Virus genome (UHGV): UHGV-0203498
From: a virus
Direction: 5' to 3' (one strand)
Length of the DNA: 32,670 nt
Shown: positions 1-8,554 of the stretch, piece by piece
Layout of the letters: each line of letters begins with the position of its first letter
How positions within the stretch are numbered: the stretch's first letter is position 1
The notes under the pieces: generated by a model
Told to the model about the DNA's origin: nothing
The model's input: the letters and a program-made list of their open reading frames with translations, nothing else
The model's database searches: none
Made by a program: the position numbers and the translations under genes

Positions 1-2064
1 GTTTGGAGGATTCTGCGTATAGTCGTTACCCATTTCATCAACGCTATCCTTAAGCCCGCGGCTGAAGCCATCCCACAACGAAGCGTTTGCACCGGTCTGT
101 GCCTCCTGCACTTCGCGAAGCTTAGACAACGCCCGGTCAATATCGGTATCGTTAGCACCAACACGACGAAGGCGGTCGATTAGCTGTAATTCTTCGCGCA
201 GGTTAGCCGCTTCGCGAGTGGAAAGCGCATACCCAGCGGCGGTGGCTTTTAGCTCGGCGTTCTGGTTCTTAAGGAAGGCATCGATCTGCGCGCTCGCCTT
301 GATCTGCTTCTCTTTCGCGTCCAGCAATTTGGCTTCTTCGACGATCTGCTCGCGTACCGCTTTAACCGACTCGAACTCCGCCATTTGCTGCTTTTCTGCT
401 GCCGTTAGTGCCCTTTCCTTGCTTGCGGCGATTAACTGCTCATTATCTGCAATCAGCTTGTTAAGGGCCGCCTGCGCGCGCTGTGTGCGGGTCTGCGAAG
501 TAGCGTTAGCCTCGATCTGCTTGCCCGATTCACGAAGTTGCGCCAGTTCGCTCCGTGCGGCCTCCAGCATTTTAACACCAGCATCCACGCGAACAGCCGC
601 GGCCTTCTTCGGTGCCGGGTCTTTGTAGCGCTCGTTGACCTGCTTCACCGCCTCAGCCAGTTCTTTCTCGCTAATCACTCCACGCTTATTCAGCAAATTG
701 AGGCGGGCGATCTCATCGGCGCGCTTCTTAGCGTTGGTGGCGAACTCCTTCTCAAACGCGGCGCGGTCCCGGGCTGTGCGGTTGGCCTCCTCATTCGCTT
801 TCGCTGCCTGGTCCGCAGCGCTGGCGTTGTCCCGCTCCGCACGGTTACGCAGGGTGAGAGTCGCTACTACTTTCTCCTGGGCGACCATTTCGCTATAAAG
901 CATGTTAATACGTGCTTTCTGCGCCTCGGTCATTACCCCACCGGCAGCGTTGACCGCTTTCATCTCGGCATAGTAAGCCGTTGTCATGCGCTGCAAGGAC
1001 TCACGCGCTTTCATCTCGGACTCATTCGAGGACTGCGCGCGGCCCACATCCAGGATGGCATCCCACATAGATTTCGCTGCCGATGTGACGACGTTCATCG
1101 ACCGCTCAAGCGTACCCATGTTGGCCTTAATATCGTTGGTCATAGTGGTGAACGACGCAGCCGCTGTTTTGTTAGCCAACGCAACTGCGTCAGTCTCGCG
1201 GCCCATATCCACAAGTGACTGCACCTGCTGGATCTGCGCCTCGGTAACGACATGGTACTTGTCCGCCAGTGCGCGCAAGCCACCAACCGGGTCATTGGAC
1301 AACTTCGCCACCGCAGCGACCACATCGTCAATCGGCTGGCTGGACGCCTTCGCGAAGTCATTAACGGTCTTAGCCAGTGCGCCGAAGTCAGCACCCGCCT
1401 TAACGCCCGCCGCCGCCAGTGCCTGAATTGTGTCTCGCGTCTTGCGGAATGACCCGCCCATGCGCTCGGCGTTCTCCGATAACACCAGGATTTGGTTAGC
1501 GGTGAGGCCGGAGATGTTACCGGACAGCGCCAGCGTCTTGTTTAGCGCTGCGACCTGGTTTTCTGCACGGGTAGTAACTGCCACGCCGACGCCTAACGTT
1601 GCCGTTAATGCCGCTAGGCCGATCCCGACCGGACCGAGAACGCCCGCAACATAACGCAGCGTGCTACCCAGGCCACCAAACGCCCCTGTTAGCTGAGGTA
1701 ACTGCTGAAGCATAACGCGGTGCACCGGCATACCCATCTCAAGCGTGACCGCAATATCCTGTAACTGGAATGCGGCGTTACGAGAGGCAAAGCCCAGGTT
1801 TTTGGTCGACATGCCTAACCTGTTGGCTAGTCGCTCCTGTTTCGTCATGCCATCGGCGGCGCGCTGCGATTCATTCGCCAGCTTTTCCATTCCGCCCGCG
1901 GCGTCACTCGTCACCTTTTTGGATTTGCCGAGTGTGTCGTTTAATTTCTTAACCTTGTTTTCTGTGTTCTCGGATTTCTGTGCGAAGGAGTCCAGCACAG
2001 TATTCGCCGTTCTGATTTGTGCAACATCCGCCTTTAGCGTGATGCCTGCTGCTTGATCTGCCAT
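1..2064 (-). CDS. Tail tape measure protein, N-terminal ~688 aa; C-terminus lies beyond the window start
   Basis: Minus-strand ATG at 2064..2062 opens a frame that stays open to position 1. Translation (MADQAAGITLKADVAQIRTANTV...) is long, alpha-helical and A/Q/K/E-rich, typical of tape measure proteins. It sits downstream of the tail chaperone genes. The ORF track omits it because it has no stop inside the window. Confidence 0.75.
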   Translation of the reverse strand, partial: MADQAAGITLKADVAQIRTANTVLDSFAQKSENTENKVKKLNDTLGKSKKVTSDAAGGMEKLANESQRAADGMTKQERLANRLGMSTKNLGFASRNAAFQLQDIAVTLEMGMPVHRVMLQQLPQLTGAFGGLGSTLRYVAGVLGPVGIGLAALTATLGVGVAVTTRAENQVAALNKTLALSGNISGLTANQILVLSENAERMGGSFRKTRDTIQALAAAGVKAGADFGALAKTVNDFAKASSQPIDDVVAAVAKLSNDPVGGLRALADKYHVVTEAQIQQVQSLVDMGRETDAVALANKTAAASFTTMTNDIKANMGTLERSMNVVTSAAKSMWDAILDVGRAQSSNESEMKARESLQRMTTAYYAEMKAVNAAGGVMTEAQKARINMLYSEMVAQEKVVATLTLRNRAERDNASAADQAAKANEEANRTARDRAAFEKEFATNAKKRADEIARLNLLNKRGVISEKELAEAVKQVNERYKDPAPKKAAAVRVDAGVKMLEAARSELAQLRESGKQIEANATSQTRTQRAQAALNKLIADNEQLIAASKERALTAAEKQQMAEFESVKAVREQIVEEAKLLDAKEKQIKASAQIDAFLKNQNAELKATAAGYALSTREAANLREELQLIDRLRRVGANDTDIDRALSKLREVQEAQTGANASLWDGFSRGLKDSVDEMGNDYTQNPPN

Positions 2065-2126
2065 TATGCAGTCCCCTTTTTTATGCAGTTGCCGATTGAC
2101 ATTGTATCAGCGAATTTAAAACAATC

Positions 2127-2289
2127 CTTATGCAGTCTCAGACGAGGGGGGTGCCAGACCCCCCGTCTAGTCTGAAAGACTGGGGTGCTGTCCCGCTGTC
2201 CCGATCGGCTGAAACCCGCGGCAGCACTGCGGGGGACGGGGTGCTGTCCCGCTTTGTCCCGCCCCTGGTCTGTCCCGCTTTTTGTCCCG
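2127..2289. repeat. Copy A of a ~163-bp structured repeat element (imperfect long palindrome followed by a GTCCCGC heptamer array)
   Basis: 2128-2203 is identical to 18923-18999 and 2233-2289 is identical to 19027-19083; a ~29-nt variable segment separates the two identical arms. Contains the near-palindrome CAGTCTCAGACGAGGGGGGTGCCAGACCCCCCGTCTAGTCTGAAAGACTG. Confidence 0.85.
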
Positions 2290-2447
2290 TTTGTTTTATG
2301 TAGTAAAACTGAATAGGTATGCACTTTTTCAGGGGGTGCCGTAGCGGGACGTCCCGCTTGTCCCGCTTTTAGTTTATGCAATAAAAGTAAATAGGTATGC
2401 AGTTTTCGAGGGGCGGGACAAAACGGGACGTCCCGCTTGTCCCGCTT
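2290..2447. repeat. Two tandem ~79-bp units (TTTATGCAATAAAA...AGGGGG...GGGACGTCCCGCTTGTCCCGC)
   Basis: Units begin at 2295 and 2374 with TTTATG(C/T)A(A/G)TAAAA and end with GGGACGTCCCGCTTGTCCCGC. Perfect 10-bp palindromes GGGACGTCCC lie at 2346-2355 and 2425-2434. Confidence 0.8.
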
Positions 2448-2450
2448 TAT

Positions 2451-3126
2451 TATGCGGGGTTTTGCTGCGCCATTTCATCGAGCGCGATTCGCTCCATTAG
2501 CTTGATATCTTTAAACGCACGTTGCTCGTTTTCGATGCCGTGCATCTTAAATAGCCATTCCAGTACGCCGTAGTCGATGCCGTATGCGCCACCGAATCCG
2601 GTGCGCCATTGCGTGGCGCAATCCGTGAATACGGCGACTATCTTCGCGTTGTCGGGCCATAGCGCAACAGGCGGACAAACATCTTCGGGGGCCGCGCCCC
2701 ATAAACTCGCGGCTAAATCCTCGGAGGGTGGCGGCGGGCCATAATAGCGTCGCGCCGCCTCAATTAGTTTTTTTCACGCAATCCCATCAGTTCGAGATAG
2801 TACGAGGTATGGAACACGCCGAACGCGCGCGGATAGTTGACTACCAGGCGGCGGACGTTCTCCGCATTAAATTCGTCCGGCAGATTCCAGCCTTCGGCGA
2901 CGTGCATGATGGCCTCGACCATAACGTTAAAGCCATCAGGGTCGTTGTCGTCATATTCCGATAGCTTGCGTTCCGTTTCCTGCATGGTCTGCGAAAACTC
3001 GTCAATCGGGCGGTGCCGGACGGTAAACGTCATCTTGCCTGGTTCGTTCTCGCCAGGGCGCGGGATCTCAATCGGCAGCTTAAAGGTTGGCTTAGGGTCG
3101 AGTGTGAAGAGTGGGGCTTTAGCCAT
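2451..3126 (-). CDS. Tail assembly chaperone frameshift fusion (gpGT-like), made by a programmed -1 shift at A AAA AAC (2767-2773)
   Basis: The -1 frame downstream of the heptamer is open for ~104 codons (KKLIEAARRYYGPPPPSEDLAASLWGAAPEDVCPP...MAQQNPA, stop at 2453..2451) and has no start codon of its own. This is the conserved G/GT arrangement upstream of tape measure genes. Confidence 0.55.
2764..3126 (-). CDS. Tail assembly chaperone (lambda gpG-like), 0-frame product
   Basis: ATG at 3126 is preceded by GGAG. Position is between the major tail gene and tape measure gene. The ORF ends in the slippery run GAA AAA AAC TAA. Confidence 0.6.
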   Translation of the reverse strand: MAKAPLFTLDPKPTFKLPIEIPRPGENEPGKMTFTVRHRPIDEFSQTMQETERKLSEYDDNDPDGFNVMVEAIMHVAEGWNLPDEFNAENVRRLVVNYPRAFGVFHTSYYLELMGLREKN

Positions 3127-3141
3127 TGTAATATTCTCCAA

Positions 3142-3166
3142 TAAAAAAGGGGCCGTGCTGGCCCCA
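3142..3166 (-). terminator. Rho-independent terminator after the major tail gene
   Basis: Minus strand reads GGGGCC-agcac-GGCCCC followed by TTTTTTATT (plus-strand stem 3149-3154 / 3160-3165, A-run 3143-3148). Confidence 0.6.
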
Positions 3167-3195
3167 TATTATCACTCGCTATTTACGCGACCAAA

Positions 3196-3921
3196 TCAGG
3201 CGAGTGCCTCAACCAGGTCTTTACGGTAAATAACCATATCTGACTGCATGGTCAGGGTGGCTTGTACCGTCTCCACGTTGTTTACTTCAGCGGACGGAAT
3301 CTTCTGGAAAGATACCTTCGCCGGGTAAATACGAATTTCACCTTTGCCGCTTGCTGCCGCTGGGTTAGTGAACTGGATCACAGTGGTTTTCTGTGTATCG
3401 TCCAGGTCTTCCAGGATTGGGCGGATCGGGTCTTCTTCGTCGTGGGTGAAGGTGTAAGTCTGGACCAACGGGTTTTTCGTGGTGTTAAGACTGATTGCGG
3501 TGTTCACCTGCAACGGCTGGAAGGTAGTCGTCTGCTGGTCGCCACCCGACACGGCAACGTTAGTGATAAACGGGAAGTCGATAAAGCTCGACACCTTCAC
3601 CACTTCGCCCGGTGTGCCAGAGCTAAAAGCGCCGGTAGGGTATTTGGTCACGTCCGAGGAGTCGAAGCGCGCCAGCGTCACGTCGTTCTCGGATACTTTA
3701 CCCACGATGAATGCGCGGTTAAGCGCTCGGACCCACGGGGTCTTAGTGAACATAACAACGTCGCCAACAACCAGGCCATGCGAAGCCGCACAGGTAATTA
3801 CGCAACCTTGCGTAAGGTCGGAGATCGACGCGGCGGCGTTGGTGGCTGCCGTAACAGCGATACCATTGCCTAATACGGATCCAATCTGGACGCTGGATCC
3901 ATTGGGAAGTTGGTAGCCCAA
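3196..3921 (-). CDS. Major tail protein (putative)
   Basis: 241-aa ORF directly upstream of the chaperone and tape measure genes. TTG start at 3921 is preceded by AGGAGG at 6-nt spacing. Followed by an intrinsic terminator, as expected for an abundantly expressed structural gene. Confidence 0.55.
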   Translation of the reverse strand: MGYQLPNGSSVQIGSVLGNGIAVTAATNAAASISDLTQGCVITCAASHGLVVGDVVMFTKTPWVRALNRAFIVGKVSENDVTLARFDSSDVTKYPTGAFSSGTPGEVVKVSSFIDFPFITNVAVSGGDQQTTTFQPLQVNTAISLNTTKNPLVQTYTFTHDEEDPIRPILEDLDDTQKTTVIQFTNPAAASGKGEIRIYPAKVSFQKIPSAEVNNVETVQATLTMQSDMVIYRKDLVEALA

Positions 3922-4036
3922 AATATCCTCCTAAATCAATAGATTACAGTATTTGCAACCTGAGACATTTCAGGTCTTGACTAATCATACCACCAACGGT
4001 ATTATCCACCAAAATCGTTAACCAACCGGAGCGGCT

Positions 4037-4630
4037 ATGCGTAAAGGCATTCTTTTTGAAGGCATGACATTTAGAGGCGTTACTTTGTTGCGTAAAGGGC
4101 CAGGCCTTAAGTGGTTCTGTTCTTGCCCCATATGCGGCAACGAGACACTTCGCACTAACGGCGCGCTATTGGATTTCATGAGAGGCGACACACTGCGTTG
4201 GGTATGTACTTGTTTTGGTAAGAAATCGCGGCACGGTATGACCGGAACTCCAACAATGCTGTCATGGCAAGGCATGATCCAGCGATGCCACAACCCCAAT
4301 GCAGCTAAATACGAAATATATGGCGGTCGAGGGATTACGGTGTGCGACCGCTGGCGAGTATTCAAGAACTTCCTGGAGGATATGGGGCCGCGTCCCAAGG
4401 GCACTACGTTAGACCGTATTGATCAGAATGGTAATTACGAAAAAAGCAACTGCCGTTGGGCTTCGCAAGCTACGCAAAACGATAATACAAGGCGCATTAT
4501 ACATGTTCGTTTTAATGGCGAGGTGTACAACTTAAAATCGGCTTGCAAAGCCGCGGGGGTTAATTACGACACCGTGCGCAAGAAATGGAAAAAAAGCGGT
4601 GAGATGTTCCACCGCTTCGAGATAGTCTAG
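4037..4630 (+). CDS. HNH-type homing endonuclease-like protein with N-terminal Cys cluster
   Basis: Opposite strand to the flanking tail genes. Cys cluster CSCPICGN...CTC, and a C-terminal region YEIYGGRGITVCDRW...TLDRIDQNGNYEKSNCRWASQATQNDN that resembles phage HNH endonuclease signatures. GGAG 7 nt before the ATG. Confidence 0.5.
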   Translation: MRKGILFEGMTFRGVTLLRKGPGLKWFCSCPICGNETLRTNGALLDFMRGDTLRWVCTCFGKKSRHGMTGTPTMLSWQGMIQRCHNPNAAKYEIYGGRGITVCDRWRVFKNFLEDMGPRPKGTTLDRIDQNGNYEKSNCRWASQATQNDNTRRIIHVRFNGEVYNLKSACKAAGVNYDTVRKKWKKSGEMFHRFEIV

Positions 4631-5049
4631 CCGCAACAGCTATACATGACCGATACCACGATGCGGGCGCGATCAACATCCTCGACCACCGAACTGGTGT
4701 ATGGCGCGTCCTGAAGCTGGAAAGCCGCACCATCGATCTTGACGCCCTGCCATTTGTCAGACGTCGCGATGGCGTCCGCCAGTTCGCTCGCGTACTGTGT
4801 GCCAGTGCCCGCGGGAAACACAACGGCAACCTGGTAAACGCCTGCATAGATCCGGCCTTTCTGCTGAAGTCCAGCAAACTGGGTCGGGGCCGGTAGCAGG
4901 TACGGATCAAGATAGACGCCATTGCCGTTTGCGTGGTCCCCCTTCACGTTCTCCCAGTTAACCTGGATCGGGCGCTGGTTAGTGCTCAGGCTTACCGATA
5001 ACTCTTCTACTACGCTGTTAAGCGCCTTGCGGATTAGAGTATTGCTCAT
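4627..5049 (-). CDS. Structural protein, possibly tail terminator / tail completion
   Basis: 140-aa ORF between the neck-type genes and the major tail gene. Its ATG at 5049 overlaps the upstream stop (TAATG). Assignment is by position only. Confidence 0.4.
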   Translation of the reverse strand: MSNTLIRKALNSVVEELSVSLSTNQRPIQVNWENVKGDHANGNGVYLDPYLLPAPTQFAGLQQKGRIYAGVYQVAVVFPAGTGTQYASELADAIATSDKWQGVKIDGAAFQLQDAPYTSSVVEDVDRARIVVSVMYSCCG

Positions 5050-5642
5050 TATTTCACCTTAGAATTAATTTCTGCCGCTACTACGCGAACAATCCCTGCT
5101 GGCGCTTGTTTACTCCAGCCATATTCCAGTCGCTGGGCATACGGCACATTATTAGTAAACCAGATCGACCCATATTCCCCAGAATCGTAATGCGCCAGCA
5201 CTTCACGCCCCGCGGCTAATGTTGCCGTCCCGGCCTTGTCCACGCGGTCAATAGCGCCGACAGCCGGACGGTCGAACGTAACCTGCCAGTTGCCCCGGAA
5301 GCGTCCGCCGGTGTAATTCTTCGCGGCCCAGCCACGCTGGCGGAACGTGACGATGCCGTTTTTAGTTTTGAATGATACAAGCACACTGGCGTGCTTCTTC
5401 TGCCCGCGCTTCAGTTTACCGCCATTCTTGCGGCGCTGTGCGGCGTTAACCTTGTTTGCGTGCTGGCGAGCCATCGCGTACGCCCTGTTGATCTTCCACC
5501 GGCGGGGATCGCCCACCGGGGAAATCTCAATCAGGCGTCCGAGTATATGCATACCGGTAGCCCGCACCGCAAAGTCGTTGTTCTCCTTCGTCTTCTCTAC
5601 CCATGTTGCAATGGTAGCGGCGAACGAGTAGACCTCAGCCAC
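5049..5642 (-). CDS. Structural protein, possibly neck / head-tail joining
   Basis: 197-aa ORF with a GTG start at 5642 preceded by AAGGGG. Sits in the head-tail joining region. Assignment is by position. Confidence 0.4.
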   Translation of the reverse strand: MAEVYSFAATIATWVEKTKENNDFAVRATGMHILGRLIEISPVGDPRRWKINRAYAMARQHANKVNAAQRRKNGGKLKRGQKKHASVLVSFKTKNGIVTFRQRGWAAKNYTGGRFRGNWQVTFDRPAVGAIDRVDKAGTATLAAGREVLAHYDSGEYGSIWFTNNVPYAQRLEYGWSKQAPAGIVRVVAAEINSKVK

Positions 5643-5643
5643 G

Positions 5644-5997
5644 TTAGCCCCTTAGCTGTAATTGAAACAGCATGGTAGTTCCCGCCGGTTGCAGTGGGTT
5701 TGGGTTGATAACCCGGTAGTCTGTGCTATTCAGGTTAACCAGATCGCCTACCTGCACTTGCTCCGATGCCTGGCATAAGAACTTTACGTCACCGGCAATG
5801 ACACGAGTCCCATCGATCTCGCTGGGCTTGTACTCCTCCCGAAGACCGATGACATCAAACGACGTTGGCGGGACAACCACTTCGTCGCCGTCTACGCGGT
5901 CAACAGACCCTGGACGCGTCACCTTAACGGTCATGCCGTATTTTTTAATCCGCGGATTTACTTTCCGCTTCAAGCCTGCGTAATTAAAGCCCGCCAT
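5644..5997 (-). CDS. Head-tail adaptor-like protein
   Basis: ATG at 5997 preceded by AGGAGA at 9-nt spacing; ~117 aa; gene order is consistent with a head-tail adaptor. Confidence 0.4.
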   Translation of the reverse strand: MAGFNYAGLKRKVNPRIKKYGMTVKVTRPGSVDRVDGDEVVVPPTSFDVIGLREEYKPSEIDGTRVIAGDVKFLCQASEQVQVGDLVNLNSTDYRVINPNPLQPAGTTMLFQLQLRG

Positions 5998-6098
5998 CTT
6001 CTTCACTCTCCTGTGCCGGTGGTACTGGTTCTGGCTCCGGTTCCGGTGGCTGTTTGGTATTTGCGGCGATCATAGCCGCGAGTAATGCCGGATTCATA

Positions 6099-6599
6099 TT
6101 AGCCCCTGTACACGTCAAAGTTACCGGCGGCGTTGCCGTCTGTGTTCACCCAGTAGCCAAGCAGGCCATCCCACCACGGGAAAGACACCCCGCTACCAAT
6201 CGACGAGGCGTCATACTCCATCGTGATCGGTCCTACCGTTTCGCGGATAGTCTCCTTACCATCGCCTACCGGAGAAATATCAACATCGTCAGCCACCAGC
6301 ATTGCCAGCCGGTAAACGGCTTGCTCAACGGCAACAGGGATTGAGGCGAAGTCTACGATCTGCCCCGCGGGGACTACCGCCAAATCTTCAGTAAGCGTGT
6401 TCAGTACCGGCTTACCGTCTGATGGGTAGTTGATGCGGGGCCATGCGTCAATTCCGGTCGGGTCCGCGGGTTCGCCGATCCAGGTGATGCCGTTGAGGAA
6501 GTCATTAACGATGGTAATGTGTCGCGTTGCATCGCCCAGCGTAATTTCAACGCCTCGCGCCGCGGCATAAACAACAAAGGTTTGCGGGTCGCCATACAT
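6099..6599 (-). CDS. Head completion / connector-like structural protein
   Basis: ATG at 6599 preceded by AGGAG; it is the first gene after the capsid-gene terminator. The ORF-track start at 6629 would fall inside the terminator U-run, so 6599 is preferred. Confidence 0.4.
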   Translation of the reverse strand: MYGDPQTFVVYAAARGVEITLGDATRHITIVNDFLNGITWIGEPADPTGIDAWPRINYPSDGKPVLNTLTEDLAVVPAGQIVDFASIPVAVEQAVYRLAMLVADDVDISPVGDGKETIRETVGPITMEYDASSIGSGVSFPWWDGLLGYWVNTDGNAAGNFDVYRG

Positions 6600-6614
6600 T
6601 TTATTTGCTCCTAT

Positions 6615-6640
6615 AAAAAAGGCGGGCATAAGCCCGCCCC
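6615..6640 (-). terminator. Rho-independent terminator after the major capsid gene
   Basis: Minus strand reads GGCGGGC-ttat-GCCCGCC followed by TTTTTTAT (plus-strand stem 6621-6627 / 6632-6638). Confidence 0.65.
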
Positions 6641-6657
6641 TTTGGGATTTGCGCCGA

Positions 6658-7752
6658 TTAGGACGCGGTGGTCGCAGTCAGAGTAACCAGTACGCCAGCC
6701 GTTTCTTTGATGTGTCGGGTCGGCACTGCCTGCGCGGCCTGGGTCTTACGACGGCCTTTAGTGTCGCTATCGCCGCCAACGTCCTGAACGGTTGCCGGTG
6801 CGTTGTCTACCTGGCCCTGGTCCAGTTCCCAGTTTGCGGAAGTGGTAATATCGCTCAGTTTGAACGAGCGCACACCTTCGATCGGGGTGCGGGCGGACGC
6901 CTTCAGACGGTAGCCTTTAACAGCCACGTTGAAGTCGAACTCACCCTGCCACCAACGTTCGATGTTCTCGTTACCGCCTTTTTCCTGCGCCAGCATATCA
7001 AGGCCGTTGGTGGTAACTGCAACCGCGCCAGGGACCAGACCCAGCATGTTACCAGTACCCATCGCATCGGCAGCGGCATCGGAGATAATGAAACGACGGC
7101 CCAGGCCATCACCCATTACCTGCAGATCGCCGATTGCGAATACCTGCTCTGCAGACGGGAGCGCCTGGTATGCAATGAAGTTTGCCCAGGTAACGCCGTC
7201 CATAAACCAGGATTTAATCAAAGACGCCTGATCGCCGAACTTAGAAGCCGCCAGCGGGAAGTCTGCCAGGGTAGGGAAGGTACGACCGCCCACACCATCA
7301 ACGCGCTCCGGTTGGGTGTATTTTGCCGCTGCGTTGCTCTCGATCGCCGCTTTACTTGCGCCGATACCGGCCTTCAGGTAATGCAGCATAATCGCTTGAG
7401 TAGCCTGTGCCGCAATCTCAGCCGCAACGCTGTTAACGTTGGTTTCGATCTTAGCCATCATAGCCTTAGTGATTGCAACCGGACCCACTTTCGCGGAGAG
7501 GTTGACCGAGTTGGTCAGCATACGCGCCAGCACTTTAGCGGTCGCCGGAGTACCGACAGGGGCATATGCGTTACGGTCGGTAACGAGGTTGGCGATCAAG
7601 CCTACGGACATTTTCTCTACAACGTCCTTCAGCACTTCACCTGTACCGAGAACAACAGCGCCGTTAGCGGCAGCGTTGAACACGTTCAGGTTGTCGGGGA
7701 TCATTTGCGTAACCGCGGTAACGAGTTTACGCTGGAACACTGTTAAAGACAT
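6658..7752 (-). CDS. Major capsid protein
   Basis: 364-aa ORF directly downstream of the scaffold gene, AAGGA RBS, followed by a strong intrinsic terminator. Size and composition fit a phage major capsid protein. Confidence 0.7.
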   Translation of the reverse strand: MSLTVFQRKLVTAVTQMIPDNLNVFNAAANGAVVLGTGEVLKDVVEKMSVGLIANLVTDRNAYAPVGTPATAKVLARMLTNSVNLSAKVGPVAITKAMMAKIETNVNSVAAEIAAQATQAIMLHYLKAGIGASKAAIESNAAAKYTQPERVDGVGGRTFPTLADFPLAASKFGDQASLIKSWFMDGVTWANFIAYQALPSAEQVFAIGDLQVMGDGLGRRFIISDAAADAMGTGNMLGLVPGAVAVTTNGLDMLAQEKGGNENIERWWQGEFDFNVAVKGYRLKASARTPIEGVRSFKLSDITTSANWELDQGQVDNAPATVQDVGGDSDTKGRRKTQAAQAVPTRHIKETAGVLVTLTATTAS

Positions 7753-7823
7753 ATCGAAATCCTTTGAGTTGTGAGCATACGCCCAGTGACGTTAATGTTA
7801 CCTTAGATTTACGCGCTCGCAAA

Positions 7824-7845
7824 ATCGCCCGCTTTCGCGGGCGAT
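7824..7845 (-). terminator. Weak hairpin between scaffold and capsid genes (possible partial terminator)
   Basis: 9-bp stem ATCGCCCGC / GCGGGCGAT with loop TTTC, followed on the minus strand by only four U residues. Confidence 0.3.
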
Positions 7846-7849
7846 CTGC

Positions 7850-8554
7850 TTACTCGTCGTCGCCCATTTTAGCGATGATATCACCTGCCTGTTTCGTCAG
7901 GTCCGTGATGCCAAAGCTATGGCCCATCGAGATTTTCGGCTTCGCATCTTCAATAACCTGTGTCGGTTTGCTCGGAGCGCCACCTGCTGGCGTGCCAGCC
8001 AGGACGGATGCAAAATCGGCGTTATTACGGAACTCTTTTTCAAGCTCTTCCATAGTAAGGGCGGACGGTTTGCCATCCTGCAATACCCGCACTTTCAAGC
8101 TGCCGTCTTCGCCGTCTTCCAGCGCGAGGCGGTCCATTACGTGGCGTTGCATGATGCCGGCGTTCTTGCCGAACAGCTTCGACGCCAGGTCTTTGGCAGC
8201 GCTGCCGATGGTTAGATCGTGGATCTGCTTGCGGTAGGCTTCGATTTTACCCGATGTGTCTGCTTCGTATTTTGCAAACTTATCCTTCCAGGATTTATCG
8301 ATCGCTTCAAGGTCGCCATTTTTGCGCGCGGCGGCTTCCTCTTTCTCTTTCGCAAGGCGCTCAGCTTCGGCGCGGCGTTCAGCTTCTGCTTTCTTCTCGC
8401 TCACCAGCTTCGCATTGTTGTCTTTCAGACCCTTAATTTCCGCCTGCACTTCGTCAGCGGTCATAAATGTTGACTTATACCCATCGCCATCGGCAACAAA
8501 AAGCGCCTTCATACCTTCCGGCAACGCGTCGTATTCTGCTTTGGTAAGTTTCAT
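7850..8554 (-). CDS. Scaffolding protein
   Basis: Start MKLTKAEYD at 8554 preceded by AGGGGGA. K/E/A-rich, coiled-coil-like composition (AEAERRAEAERLAKEKEEAAARK). Lies immediately upstream of the capsid gene. Confidence 0.6.
   Translation of the reverse strand: MKLTKAEYDALPEGMKALFVADGDGYKSTFMTADEVQAEIKGLKDNNAKLVSEKKAEAERRAEAERLAKEKEEAAARKNGDLEAIDKSWKDKFAKYEADTSGKIEAYRKQIHDLTIGSAAKDLASKLFGKNAGIMQRHVMDRLALEDGEDGSLKVRVLQDGKPSALTMEELEKEFRNNADFASVLAGTPAGGAPSKPTQVIEDAKPKISMGHSFGITDLTKQAGDIIAKMGDDE

Noticed and set aside
218-2056. Several plus-strand ORFs (218-628, 538-1218, 635-898, 986-1426, 1745-2056 and others)
   Set aside because: They lie antisense to the long uninterrupted minus-strand tape measure frame and have Ala/Ser/Arg-rich composition typical of antisense reading of GC-rich coding DNA; no RBS support.
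2064-2381. Minus-strand ORF of 105 aa, and the similar ORF at 18832-19179
   Set aside because: Both fall on the duplicated non-coding repeat elements; their shared peptide segments are a by-product of the DNA repeat, and neither has a convincing start context.
2127-2447. Possibility that the repeat regions form a CRISPR array
   Set aside because: The repeats are not regularly spaced units separated by unique spacers of uniform length; they are degenerate tandem units and a two-copy dispersed element.
2100-2460. Possibility of a tRNA or other structured RNA gene in the hairpin-rich intergenic regions
   Set aside because: I could not recognise a cloverleaf with an anticodon arm and T-loop consensus by eye; this is not ruled out and would need a tRNA search program.
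6649-7746. Plus-strand ORF of 365 aa
   Set aside because: It is antisense to the major capsid gene; the capsid frame has the RBS, operon context and terminator, and the antisense product is Arg/Gly/Cys-rich.
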